A stretch of DNA of 64,000 bases from Candidatus Hadarchaeota archaeon (GCA_964384105.1 CAYLJV010000004.1:1-64000), one strand, 5' to 3'. Counted from the stretch's first letter, positions 40,187-50,201 are shown. Numbers and translations: made by a program. Notes: generated by a model from the sequence alone, not told the origin.

Positions 40187-40942
40187 TTGGGGATCTTTTT
40201 GGCGGATATAGAAATTGTTGAGAAGAAAAAGCCGAAAGAGGGGTCTACTTTAATATTGGCTTTTCCGGACGTCGGATTGGTAGGTCCAATATCCATTAGA
40301 CAGATGATAAAGGACCTTGATATGACCGAGATTGGCCATATAACCTCTGATGACTTTCCACCCATCTCAGCTGTTCACAATGCTAGACCGACCCACCCAG
40401 TTAAAATATACGAATCAAATGGGTTTATCGTACTTTCTTCGGAAATTCCTATCTCTCCAGATCTAATCGCTCCACTTTCCAAATCTTTAGATAATTGGAT
40501 CAACCAAATAAAACCGAAAAGAATCTACATAATAGGCGGACTTCCACATCAGAACAGATCAGAAGTTGATAAACCGGAGGTTCACGGAGTTCCGGCTAAC
40601 GAGGAGATGGAGAAGCTACTGGAGGATAACGAACTACATGTCATCCAAGAGGGATTTATTACCGGAATAAATGGTGTGATCCTGAGGAACTTCGCTGACG
40701 ATAATTTACCAGGGGTATATTTGATGGCAGAGGCCCATAAGAATTACCCTGATCCAGGTGCTGCTGCATCGGTGCTAGAGACGCTTTCTACTCTGACTGA
40801 TCTCGAAATAGATGTCGAGGAATTGAGAAAGAAGGAGGAGGAAATAAGATTGGCGGCTAGAGACCTTATGCGTCAGACTCAAAAAGCTATGAAACAGTCG
40901 TCCAAGGACCAAGAAGAGGAGATACCTATGATGTATGGGTGA
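40187..40942 (+). CDS. PAC2-family proteasome assembly chaperone (PbaB-like)
   Basis: FPDVGLVG, GFITG, YPDPGAAA, C-terminal HbYX motif MYG. Confidence 0.9.
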   Translation: MGIFLADIEIVEKKKPKEGSTLILAFPDVGLVGPISIRQMIKDLDMTEIGHITSDDFPPISAVHNARPTHPVKIYESNGFIVLSSEIPISPDLIAPLSKSLDNWINQIKPKRIYIIGGLPHQNRSEVDKPEVHGVPANEEMEKLLEDNELHVIQEGFITGINGVILRNFADDNLPGVYLMAEAHKNYPDPGAAASVLETLSTLTDLEIDVEELRKKEEEIRLAARDLMRQTQKAMKQSSKDQEEEIPMMYG

Positions 40943-41304
40943 TCGGAATGTTTGACAGGAAAAATTTGAGTTGGGATATTGAAAAGAGAAGTTTGGATCC
41001 ATTGGTTCATGTTCGAGAAAGCGATGATGAAGTAATAGTTACTGCGGACCTTCCGTGTGTAAAAAAGGAGGATGTAGAACTTTATATTGAAGAGAGATCT
41101 CTGGCCATAAAAGCAAAGATGAAGAAAGAGATGAGATTCGAGAGTTGGGGCGGCGTTCATAGAAAGTATAAATTCAATAGCTTTCGTAAAAGTATCACCC
41201 TCCCTGCTAGGATCGACCCAGAGAAAGTCGAGGCAGAGTTTAAAAAGTGTATGTTGAAGGTTACGCTCAAGAAAAAGAAGCCCAAGTCGATCAGAATCGA
41301 GTAG
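40939..41304 (+). CDS. Small heat shock protein Hsp20
   Basis: PLVHVRE..VIVTADLP.VKKEDV, FRKSITLP, I-x-I tail. Confidence 0.9.
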   Translation: MIGMFDRKNLSWDIEKRSLDPLVHVRESDDEVIVTADLPCVKKEDVELYIEERSLAIKAKMKKEMRFESWGGVHRKYKFNSFRKSITLPARIDPEKVEAEFKKCMLKVTLKKKKPKSIRIE

Positions 41305-41380
41305 ATTTGCCTTTTTATCTTTAAATTTTTATTTTTTTAGCGCAGGTTTTTAGTGTAAGAAATAAAAACAGTGTAGTCGT

Positions 41381-41514
41381 GCGGGGGTGCCCGAGCTTGG
41401 TCGAAGGGGCCGGTGTGAAGGATGAATGTCCTTCGCGGCTAAACTTAAGATCTCTCGTAGATAGGCCATCCGGTGGCCGTAGGGCCTTCGTGGGTTCGAT
41501 TCCCACCCCCCGCA
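41381..41514 (+). tRNA. tRNA-Leu(TAA) with two introns (41414-41442 at 30/31; 41450-41467 at 37/38)
   Basis: Removing both introns restores CCGGA-CTTAAGA-TCCGG; long variable arm; bulge-helix-bulge motifs at both junctions. Confidence 0.9.
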
Positions 41515-41557
41515 TATCCCTTCAATTCAAAAAATTGGTTCTTTGTTTAGAAGGATA

Positions 41558-44176
41558 CTAATTTTGGAATCTCTGCAGTTTTACTTTGAACTTAGCTCCG
41601 CCGAGCTCGGAATCCTCGACTTTTATATTACCACCATAACTTTCAGCAATTTCTTTTACTAGGGCTAATCCCAAGCCGGAACCGGCATTTTTTCCGCATT
41701 TGAACCCTTTTTCGAAGATTTTGTCTTTTATCTGGTTGGAAATACCCTTTCCATCATCTTCTACAATAATCACACATTTTTCCCCCGATTTTTCCGCGGA
41801 TATTTTTATCTTCTTACAATTTGCATGTTTGATAGAATTTTCTAAAAGATTGGAGAAGAGCTCTTCTAGTAGCGGTCCTCCTAATATTTCACAATCTAGA
41901 TTTTCATATTCGATTTTGATACCATCTTCTTTTGCTTGAGTTTCGTGTTCACAAATTACATTTCCTATAACTGTGTGAATATTGAATTTACTAACTCTAC
42001 TTCCTCCGATTTCCCTTAGAGTCCTGACCTTCTCAATTAGTTCGTTCCCTTCCTTACTTGCCTTCTGAGCCTTTCTGATGAATCCTTTCGCTTCTTCAGG
42101 AAGATCGAAGTCTTTTAGGAGTTCGTGATATCCACCTATAATTTGGATCTTATTCTTTAGATCATGTCTTAGAAGCGAATGAAGAAAATCTTCCCTTTCT
42201 TCCATCTTTTTTTCTTCTGTTATGTCACGCCCTAGAGATACAAAACCGATGATATTACCATCTTCGTCTTTTAGAGCATGTGAATTCCAGGAAATTGTTC
42301 TTTTTTGACCATCCTTTCTTCTAATAGTTGTTTCGAGCCCTTCCATCGTTTCTTCCCCGGATACTACCTTTTGGACCTTTTCAAGTATATTCTCTCGATA
42401 TTCCTCATCAGGGTAGAAAAGTTCCCATAATCTTTTACTACCTAAAACTTCGTCTCTGGAATATCCGCTTATCTCCTCAGCCGCTTTGTTGAAAACTAAG
42501 GCGTTTCCCTCTTTATCGAAGACGTCTATCCAGACATTAGAGTTTTCAATAATGCTCTTTCTGAATCTGCTTAGTTCTTCGATTTTTTCTTGCGCTCTTT
42601 TCTGCTCTGTTATGTCTACAGCATGTTCTACTACTCCTATCACCTCATCTTTTTTATTTTTGACAGGGTCGCCTCTTATTTTCCAGGTTTTGTCATCTGG
42701 AGTAGTAAGTTCGGCCTCTTTCGATTTCTTAGTCTTTATCGCCTTTTCGACCGGACAGCCCTTGCAAGATTCATCTAGTTTTCTCCAGATCTCGTAGCAT
42801 TTCTGACCTTCCAGATCTTCAGGATCTTCGCCAACAGCTTTTCCGTAGGGTTCGTTTGCCCACACGATCCTTTGATTGATATCGTGATACGCTATTATCT
42901 CCGAAATATTGTTGAGAATTATTGATTTTTCCCTTTCCGATTTTTTCAGTTCTTTTTCCATATTCATTCTTTCGATTTCAGCTCCTACTCTGGACGCTGA
43001 AATAGTTAAGGCTTTTTTCCAGCTTCTGGGTTTTCTTAATCTATCCTTTGATATTACCCAAAGGACCCCCACTGTTCTGTCTTCCGTGTTTTTTATCGGT
43101 ATTCCGGCGTATCCTTCTGCACCTAGATCCTTTAGTTCTTCGTCCTCAGGAAACTGGCTACAAATATTTTCTTGATAAATACAGGCTCCTTCTTTGGTTA
43201 CATTCTCGCATGGAGTTTTGGGAAGTTCATATTCAAAATCCTTAATTTTTTCCCCGTCAAGAACCATGGCTATGGATTTTACTTTCTTTCCATCTTTAAT
43301 CTCCCCTATGTAGGCACCATCTGCGTTAAAGAATCGAGCTAACTCTTTAACTGTTTTAACAAATAGTTCCTGACCGATCGTTCCAACAGTGCTTTTTACT
43401 AGGTATTCCAAGGCCTTTTTAGATTCTTCTTGCTCTGTGATATCTTTTGAGATTACTGAGACTCTGTCAGTTTCTCCTGTTATTGGATTTTCAATAGGGG
43501 TGATGGTTCTAATTATGTAATATTCACCGTTAGTCCGGTGTTTTATTTCTTGAGTTTGCGATTTTCCTGATTCGAGTGTTTTTCTAACTTTCTTTTCAAA
43601 TTCTCTTGAATCTTTCTCTTCATGCAACTCGTGAAATTTAGTGCCGATTATCTCTTCATGCTTAATATCGTGTCTGCTCAGTTCCACGTCGTTTGCGAAA
43701 ACAAATCTGTAGTTTTTGTCTATGATGTAGATCGGGTCTTTTGAGCCCTTTACCAGAGAAGAGAGTTCGGATTCTATTTTTTCTTTTTCCCATCGAACTT
43801 TTTTGTGCTTTATCTCTTGAACAATCGCTTGAGCTAAGACACCGTACTGAGACCTTGGATCGCCTCCCTTCTGGATGTATCGATCGGCTCCGAGATTTAG
43901 AGCTTCTATTGCTACTTCCTCTCGACCTTTTCCGGTGAACATAAGAAAGGGTATATCACTTTCTAGCTCTTTTCTTATAATCTTGAGAAATTCTAGGCCA
44001 CTCTGAATTGGCATCTGATAGTCGGATACAATTGTATCATACTCTTCTTTATCTAGCATACCTAGGCCTTCTTCCACTGAAGTGGCTGTCTCTACGTTTA
44101 GCTTATCTTCCTTTTCAAGGAAGATTTTTGCCTGCTCTAAGATATCTGGCTCGTCGTCTACCATGAGAACTTTCAT
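41558..44176 (-). CDS. Hybrid sensor histidine kinase (REC-PAS-GAF-PAS-PAS-HisKA-HATPase)
   Basis: VDDE/SDYQMP receiver, PAS repeats, LRHDLKN, N box, DDGKG, GSGLGL. Confidence 0.93.
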   Translation of the reverse strand: MKVLMVDDEPDILEQAKIFLEKEDKLNVETATSVEEGLGMLDKEEYDTIVSDYQMPIQSGLEFLKIIRKELESDIPFLMFTGKGREEVAIEALNLGADRYIQKGGDPRSQYGVLAQAIVQEIKHKKVRWEKEKIESELSSLVKGSKDPIYIIDKNYRFVFANDVELSRHDIKHEEIIGTKFHELHEEKDSREFEKKVRKTLESGKSQTQEIKHRTNGEYYIIRTITPIENPITGETDRVSVISKDITEQEESKKALEYLVKSTVGTIGQELFVKTVKELARFFNADGAYIGEIKDGKKVKSIAMVLDGEKIKDFEYELPKTPCENVTKEGACIYQENICSQFPEDEELKDLGAEGYAGIPIKNTEDRTVGVLWVISKDRLRKPRSWKKALTISASRVGAEIERMNMEKELKKSEREKSIILNNISEIIAYHDINQRIVWANEPYGKAVGEDPEDLEGQKCYEIWRKLDESCKGCPVEKAIKTKKSKEAELTTPDDKTWKIRGDPVKNKKDEVIGVVEHAVDITEQKRAQEKIEELSRFRKSIIENSNVWIDVFDKEGNALVFNKAAEEISGYSRDEVLGSKRLWELFYPDEEYRENILEKVQKVVSGEETMEGLETTIRRKDGQKRTISWNSHALKDEDGNIIGFVSLGRDITEEKKMEEREDFLHSLLRHDLKNKIQIIGGYHELLKDFDLPEEAKGFIRKAQKASKEGNELIEKVRTLREIGGSRVSKFNIHTVIGNVICEHETQAKEDGIKIEYENLDCEILGGPLLEELFSNLLENSIKHANCKKIKISAEKSGEKCVIIVEDDGKGISNQIKDKIFEKGFKCGKNAGSGLGLALVKEIAESYGGNIKVEDSELGGAKFKVKLQRFQN

Positions 44177-44361
44177 TTTTTTACTTTCCTTTTTACTAGC
44201 TTCAAAGAGCTCCTTTTTAAATTATCAATACTTATCTCGGATTTTCTGTGATAAAGTTTTTCTTAGAGTGTTTGTTTCTGATAATTGATGTAAAGAATTC
44301 ACCGATTGGGAAAGTATTAAATGAGTAAAGATATATCTCACATGTCCCGGAGTTTTTACTC

Positions 44362-45249
44362 ATGCAGTCAGATTTAATCAGTGCGGCATTAGCTATCACT
44401 TCTGCGTTATTTTTTGCATTTGAGGCCTTAATGATAAGAAGATCTACCGTGAGGGGTGATCCGATGGACGCTGCTATTGGCGTCATGTGGGTTAGCTTTT
44501 TAGTTTATCTCCCCTTCTCTATTTTTTACTCTTTAAGCTCTGTCCTAACTGTCAAATCAATTTTAGCTTTTTTTGCTGCGGGAGCCTTTGGATCTTTTCT
44601 TGCAGTGATCTGTCTTTATTTCGGGATCAAGATAGTGGGAGCTTCTCAGACGAGTCCAGTTCTTAAGGGAGACCTTTTAGTAGCCTCAATAGTGGGAGTT
44701 TTTTTACTTGGTGAGACCGTTACGGCTGGCCATCTTGCCGGAATATTACTTTTGGTTGTAGGTCTGGTGATCGTTAGTCGAGAGATGGAAAGTGATGATT
44801 CTGCTACAGATTGGAGTCCGAAAATAGACCTCTTTTTTCCGATAGGTGCGATGGTGTTTTCGGGCTTGGCGAGACCGTTTGCTAAGATAGGATTATCTGA
44901 AGGGACACCCGTATTCTTGGGTTTAGGAATAAAATTCTCCGCCGGATTGGGTCTTCTTATCCTCTATTTTCTTATCAGAGGTAGATCCCCTTTTGCACCC
45001 TTTAAATCAGCTGAAAGGAAATCGTATATTCTTACAGGCTTTGCCGTTGCGATAGGAATGTTGTTGTTTTATTTGGCGCTCAGAGTATCTAGGGTCGTAG
45101 TCGTTATGCCTTTCTGGAGTTTAACTCCTCTTTTCGTACTAATTTTCTCGTATCTCTATTTGAAGAAGCTGGAAAGAATAACGAAGGGATTGGTTTTAGG
45201 TACCGTGACAGTTATTATTGGGGCTATTTTGACCGGTATCTTCATGTGA
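44362..45249 (+). CDS. DMT/EamA family transporter
   Basis: About 10 TMs in two EamA repeats (LLGETVT, LERIT). Confidence 0.88.
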   Translation: MQSDLISAALAITSALFFAFEALMIRRSTVRGDPMDAAIGVMWVSFLVYLPFSIFYSLSSVLTVKSILAFFAAGAFGSFLAVICLYFGIKIVGASQTSPVLKGDLLVASIVGVFLLGETVTAGHLAGILLLVVGLVIVSREMESDDSATDWSPKIDLFFPIGAMVFSGLARPFAKIGLSEGTPVFLGLGIKFSAGLGLLILYFLIRGRSPFAPFKSAERKSYILTGFAVAIGMLLFYLALRVSRVVVVMPFWSLTPLFVLIFSYLYLKKLERITKGLVLGTVTVIIGAILTGIFM

Positions 45250-45306
45250 TTGTTTTGATTTAATTAGCAGCTTGAACATTAAAAGGATAGGTAGTGGGGA
45301 AAATCG

Positions 45307-45930
45307 ATGGTCAAAGTTGTAAAGATTTGCGAGGACGAATCTTCAGAAGCGATAGAGGAAGCAGCTGATTTGATAGACCGAGGTGAGCTGGTTATTTATC
45401 CCACTGAGACGGTTTATGGGCTGGGGGCTGATGCGACTTCTGATGAAGCGGCTTACAAGATTTTCGAGGCCAAGAAGAGGCCCTTTGAAAAGCCTATTTC
45501 CATAGCAGTCGATTCTCTGTCCATGGCTTACTATGCCGGCAAACTCTCCCGATTGGCAGAAGATCTGATTCAGGAATTTTTACCGGGACCTCTTACAGTT
45601 ATTGTGGAGAAGAGACCAGTGATCTCGGATGTATTGTCCGCAGGCACAAAAAAAATTGGTATCAGGATTCCCGATCACCCCGTGGCGTTAGGGATAATTC
45701 GAAGGTTTGGGAGGCCGATAACCACCACCTCGGCCAACATTTCAGGTGAATCTGAACCTTTTGGAGTAAATGAAGCTGTAAATCAACTCGAAAAATCGAT
45801 ATCACTGGCGATAGATTCGGGAAGATCGAAATCAAGTGGGCCCTCCACTGTGGTGGATTTGACTGAGGGATTGAGGATGGTGAGAGAGGGTCCTTTATCG
45901 GAATCAAAAATCCGCTCTTTTTTAAGATGA
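45307..45930 (+). CDS. Threonylcarbamoyl-AMP synthase (TsaC/Sua5, YrdC domain only)
   Basis: YPTETVYGL, KKRP, PGPLT, TTSANISG. Confidence 0.93.
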   Translation: MVKVVKICEDESSEAIEEAADLIDRGELVIYPTETVYGLGADATSDEAAYKIFEAKKRPFEKPISIAVDSLSMAYYAGKLSRLAEDLIQEFLPGPLTVIVEKRPVISDVLSAGTKKIGIRIPDHPVALGIIRRFGRPITTTSANISGESEPFGVNEAVNQLEKSISLAIDSGRSKSSGPSTVVDLTEGLRMVREGPLSESKIRSFLR

Positions 45931-45999
45931 TTATCAGGCCTACGAAGAATCCGAAAAGTTTTATTTAGGGATTGTAATCAACCAAACAAGTGAAGAGAA

Positions 46000-46392
46000 A
46001 TGTCAAGAAACCCGTTTGATGAATTTAAGAAGTTCGAAAAAATGTTCCGTGAGATGATGGAAAATGATGGCCTCCTTTTAGGAGGGTCAGGTTACAGCAT
46101 CAGCGTTCAGAGAATCGGAGATGAGACAAAAGTTAAGGTAAACGGTGATATTTCCGAGAGGGATATAGAGCAACTAAAGCGAAAATATCCGGATTCGGAG
46201 ATTGTGGTGAACGATAAGAAAATTGGTGATGGAAGTCCAGTAGAAGTTTTGGATGATTCAGAGAATGTCTCTTCTGAGAAAGAAAGTACTTCTCGTGAGA
46301 ATGGGCCCGAAATAGAAGAAGTCGACGAGGACGAAATAGAGCCTGAGGAGCTCGCTCTCAAGAGATTTGAAGAGAGAAAGAAAAAGGAGTGA
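46000..46392 (+). CDS. Hypothetical protein with sHSP-like N-terminus
   Basis: NPFDEFKKFEKMFREMM...GYSISV; acidic tail. Confidence 0.65.
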   Translation: MSRNPFDEFKKFEKMFREMMENDGLLLGGSGYSISVQRIGDETKVKVNGDISERDIEQLKRKYPDSEIVVNDKKIGDGSPVEVLDDSENVSSEKESTSRENGPEIEEVDEDEIEPEELALKRFEERKKKE

Positions 46393-46437
46393 AAAGCTTC
46401 TGACTAAAGCTTTTGCTGTTTTCTTTCTGAAAGAGGT

Positions 46438-47085
46438 GTGTCTTTGGTAGCAGTACTTTTTGATTTAGATGGTACAATTGCAGGTAATTCCAGGAGAAAA
46501 AGCGAAGTAATGGACCAGGTTGCAAATAAATTCGGGGTTCCGGGCATAAAACGGGAGGATTACTTGAAAGCCTTCAAGAAAGTAGTGAATGATAAAAAAT
46601 TGGATAATAGAGTTCCCATTTTTAAGGAGATTGTAGGGGATAGGGCTCTGGCAGAGAAAATCGCTGAGGAGTATAGAAGAAGATCTTTGGAGGGCATCTA
46701 CGTTTACGAAGATGCGAAGGACCTTTTGGAGAATCTGACTGTTAAAATGGGCTTAGTCACCAATGGGCCTCGAGAGGTTCAATGGGAGAAGATCAAGATG
46801 CTCAATATTGAGAAATATTTTGATACGATTCTGGTTTCCGGAGAGTTGGGTGAGTCCAAGCCCCAGTCGAAAATTTTTCAAATTGCGATGAACTCTCTTA
46901 AATCAAAACCAATTGAAACAATGTATGTGGGCGATGTTCCGGGTTTAGATGTAGTCGGAGCAAAAGCTGCTGGGCTTATAGCGGTTTTGATAAATAGAGA
47001 TGGAAAAAAAGTCGATTACAGTCCGGATTATGAAGTTAAGGACCTTAGAGAAGTTTACCAGATAGTCAAGAGCATGGGTGGTTAG
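46438..47085 (+). CDS. HAD-superfamily hydrolase
   Basis: FDLDGT, VTNG, SKP, VGD...DVVGA. Confidence 0.9.
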   Translation: MSLVAVLFDLDGTIAGNSRRKSEVMDQVANKFGVPGIKREDYLKAFKKVVNDKKLDNRVPIFKEIVGDRALAEKIAEEYRRRSLEGIYVYEDAKDLLENLTVKMGLVTNGPREVQWEKIKMLNIEKYFDTILVSGELGESKPQSKIFQIAMNSLKSKPIETMYVGDVPGLDVVGAKAAGLIAVLINRDGKKVDYSPDYEVKDLREVYQIVKSMGG

Positions 47086-47086
47086 T

Positions 47087-47212
47087 TTGGTCAAGAGATA
47101 TGAGTGTAAGGATTGTGGGAAAGAAATATCTCGACAAGAGCTCGAGAATTCGGATAAAATCGTCTGTCCTTACTGTGAGTCTTATAGAATTAAAAAGACT
47201 GAAGAAGATTGA
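47087..47212 (+). CDS. 41-aa zinc ribbon (Rpo12/FmdB-like), not in ORF track
   Basis: MVKRYECKDCGKEISRQELENSDKIVCPYCESYRIKKTEED; GGTGG RBS. Confidence 0.7.
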   Translation: MVKRYECKDCGKEISRQELENSDKIVCPYCESYRIKKTEED

Positions 47213-47216
47213 GAAT

Positions 47217-47735
47217 TTAACCTTCTAAAGATTCTTTTCCGACGAGGAGTTCGCCTAATTGCTTGCGTTCAGATTCGGGCTCTTCTGCCGGTTGCCCTAT
47301 GCAGAAAACGGCCATTAGTTCAAGATGGTCAGGTACTTTTGTGATCTTTTTAACACATTCTTCGTGATTCAGGATTTCCCCATTCCAAACTGCACCGAGG
47401 CCTAAGGAGTGAGTAGCTAGCCATATATTTTGACAACAGGCACCGATGCCCTGCAGGTCCTTTGTTCGATCGTAACCAGCTTCGCTGTCCAGATAGACAA
47501 TTATGAGAACTTTTGCCTGTTTCATCGTTTTTGAATATTTTGTACACTCTGCAATCTCTGTGATTTCGTCTTTTTCTGTTATTACTTGAAACCTCCAAGG
47601 TTGGTTGTTTAATCCTGAAGGTGCCCATCTAGCGGCGTTTAATATTTTTTCGATTTTTTCTTTAGAAACTGGCTTATCCTTGAATTTTCTGATACTTCGC
47701 CTTTCTTTTATACACTTTATGACGTCGTTGCCCAT
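47217..47735 (-). CDS. Nitroreductase family protein
   Basis: RRSIRKF, APSGLNNQPW, LGLGAVW. Confidence 0.92.
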   Translation of the reverse strand: MGNDVIKCIKERRSIRKFKDKPVSKEKIEKILNAARWAPSGLNNQPWRFQVITEKDEITEIAECTKYSKTMKQAKVLIIVYLDSEAGYDRTKDLQGIGACCQNIWLATHSLGLGAVWNGEILNHEECVKKITKVPDHLELMAVFCIGQPAEEPESERKQLGELLVGKESLEG

Positions 47736-47780
47736 TTTAACAAATCCGATTATCCAAGGGATAAAATTAGGTCGTATTAC

Positions 47781-47927
47781 TTACTCTTCTTCGTCTTGTT
47801 TTTCTGTATGCCAGAATCGATCTTTCTTTGGATCGTAAATTACACTACAATTTTTACAATAACAGACACCTAGGCTTTCCCACCATTTCATATCTCGGTC
47901 ACATTCATTGCATTTTGGACATTCCAT
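47781..47927 (-). CDS. 48-aa zinc-ribbon micro-protein, not in ORF track
   Basis: MECPKCNECDRDMKWWESLGVCYCKNCSVIYDPKKDRFWHTEKQDEEE; AGGAG RBS. Confidence 0.7.
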   Translation of the reverse strand: MECPKCNECDRDMKWWESLGVCYCKNCSVIYDPKKDRFWHTEKQDEEE

Positions 47928-48052
47928 AGTTTTCTCTCCTTATTTTCTTGAACCTCAAAAACGAACTTCTACGAGTATAGGCTTTTGAAAGTCCGCTTTG
48001 TACGTTCTGTAATACATTTATTTTCCTAGAGTATAAATTTTAGAGATTATTG

Positions 48053-48838
48053 TTATTTTGAGAGTTCTTTTGATCTTTTTTTGGCTGCTTTAACGGCTTT
48101 TTTAATATTTTCCTCTACTTTTCCGTCTTCTAGTACTTTTACTCCTTCGATAGTCGTACCCTTGGGTGAGCAGACCATATCTATAAGATCTTCCAGATTT
48201 TCTTTGGATTCTAAGACTAATTCACTGCTTCCCTTCACGGTTTGGGCGGCTAATCTTGTCGATTCACTTTCTGATAGTCCATTTTCCACTCCCGCATCTT
48301 TCATGGCTTTAATTACGAGAAAGATGTATGCAGGTCCACTCCCACTTAGTCCAGTTATTATGTCCATCAGATCTTCGTTTACTTTTAGAGTCTCACCCAT
48401 CTTGCTCAAAATCTCATTTACAAGTTTTTCGTCTTCTTCTGTAGCATTTTTTCCTAGGGTGTAGCCTGAGGCCATCTCCGCTACTCGTCCACAGATGTTA
48501 GGCATTACTCTGACTACCCTGGCGTTTGTATGTTTGCCGAGGAAGTCAGTTGATACTCCAGCGGCTAGAGATATCAGGAGTTTGTCCTCCGTTAGTTCGA
48601 GGTTCTCTATCACTTTTCCTACGATACTGGGTTTTACTGCTACGAAAACTACTTTGGATCCCTCGACGGCCTTTTTGTTATCTGTGGTAGTCTTTACCTC
48701 AAGTTCTCGGATTTTTTCTAGCTTCTCTTCGTCTAGGTCGCTGGCAGTTATTTCAGCTGGATTGAACGTCTTGGATCTGATGAGACCCGTTAAGAAAGAC
48801 TCTCCGAGATTCCCACAACCTATAATCGTTATTTTCAT
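48053..48838 (-). CDS. proC: Pyrroline-5-carboxylate reductase
   Basis: IGCGNLG, AVKP, RVMPN, SGSGPAY, CSPKGTT. Confidence 0.96.
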   Translation of the reverse strand: MKITIIGCGNLGESFLTGLIRSKTFNPAEITASDLDEEKLEKIRELEVKTTTDNKKAVEGSKVVFVAVKPSIVGKVIENLELTEDKLLISLAAGVSTDFLGKHTNARVVRVMPNICGRVAEMASGYTLGKNATEEDEKLVNEILSKMGETLKVNEDLMDIITGLSGSGPAYIFLVIKAMKDAGVENGLSESESTRLAAQTVKGSSELVLESKENLEDLIDMVCSPKGTTIEGVKVLEDGKVEENIKKAVKAAKKRSKELSK

Positions 48839-48975
48839 GATATCGTACCTGTTTCAGTTACTTTCAATTCTTTAGGCCTATATTTCTACCGGAATTGAAA
48901 TGGGTTTATCGATATTATGAAACGTGAAGAACAATTATTTAGATGTGTTAATATGGAAATTTATATGTGGTTCAG

Positions 48976-49110
48976 ATGGGAGAGATTTTCAAACCTGGAG
49001 ATTCTAAAAAGGAGAAAATAAGGAGACTTGCCAACGAGCTTCAGATATCGGAGGAAGAAGCGAAGAAGATTCTGAAGAAGCGAGGATTGGAAGATCTGGA
49101 AAGGAAGTAA
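48976..49110 (+). CDS. Putative 44-aa helical micro-protein
   Basis: MGEIFKPGDSKKEKIRRLANELQISEEEAKKILKKRGLEDLERK. Confidence 0.5.
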   Translation: MGEIFKPGDSKKEKIRRLANELQISEEEAKKILKKRGLEDLERK

Positions 49111-49188
49111 GCTTCTTTGCTAGATAGAAACTTTCTAATTAGATCTTCAGCAAGTTTTTAATCTGCTGTTGTAATTATGTTCTGGTAG

Positions 49189-49268
49189 GCCCCGGTAGCT
49201 CAGTTCCGGTCTAGAGCGCACCCTTGGTAAGGGTGAGGTCGCGGGTTCGAATCTCGCCCGGGGCTCCA
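49189..49268 (+). tRNA. tRNA-Thr(GGT), CCA encoded
   Basis: CACCC-TTGGTAA-GGGTG anticodon arm; TATA-like TTTTTAA about 30 nt upstream. Confidence 0.96.
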
Positions 49269-49754
49269 TATCCGTCTTTTCTTTTGGAAAACGTGGGCGA
49301 AAAAGAGGAATTTTCTAGGCCTAATTTTTGGATTAAAGTATTTTCTAGGATTTTGACAGATTGATTCCTTCGCTTTTGGCAAGCTCTTTCAGTTCTTTAG
49401 GTGGTTGATTGTGGTCTTTCTTTTTTCTGTACGTACAGGATTTTTTCATTGGTCATATGGATTATTACTCCTTTGCAGGGTTTGGCTCGTTTAAGAGTGA
49501 AGAAAACAAATTCTCTATTTTTCTGTACTTTTATAGAATTTTAGTCAAACTACTACAGATATTGATCCGTTCACTCAAATGATCTTTTCGAATATCTTTG
49601 AGTATTTTATTTTCTTCTCTGTTTCTCCCCTCATGTGCTTTTTTTATATTTTCTTTCAGTTTTTTCATTAATTCAAATTTGAATTTCTTCAACTTCTCTT
49701 TTTCATTATCGGGTATATTTGGAATCATGCTTTTGAAATTATCAATAATTATCT

Positions 49755-50019
49755 TTGCAACAAAACAAAAAAGAGAAGAATCTTTTTCTTCCCTCTTTAT
49801 GTGGGTTACTCTGGCTTATTGGTTTTATAGGTCTCGCCACCTCAATTAAGCTCGTGGGTTTATCCGTAGCACTTCCCTTTATCGTTTCGAGCACTATTTT
49901 CTCAGTTTTTTTATGCCTTGTTGTCAAGGGAAATGGAATTTGGGTCTAATAAAAAGCAAATTTTACTTGGAGTTTTACTGGGTGTTCTAGGTATAATCGC
50001 CCTAGCCGGAAGTTTATGA
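49755..50019 (+). pseudogene. 3' remnant of a DMT/GRP-type transporter
   Basis: GLLWLIGFIGLATSIKLVGLSVALP..., frameshift at about 49928 to KEMEFGSNKKQILLGVLLGVLGIIALAGSL. Confidence 0.55.
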
Positions 50020-50201
50020 AGCTGTAAAACGTTTTTTACTCTTTATCCTAAAATTTTCAACTCGGCCTTTATCGTAAATCTCTTTTAATTTCTTAGGACT
50101 GGAATCTGAGCAGTGTTGTCCTAAAACACTTTTAGGGATCCGACCACAAAGAGCGTCTATATACTCACCAGAACTTTTTACTTGAGTTTTTTATTATTAT
50201 C

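Noticed and set aside
41321-41561. ORFs on both strands over tRNA-Leu; likewise 49200-49382 over tRNA-Thr
   Set aside because: Spurious translations of tRNA genes
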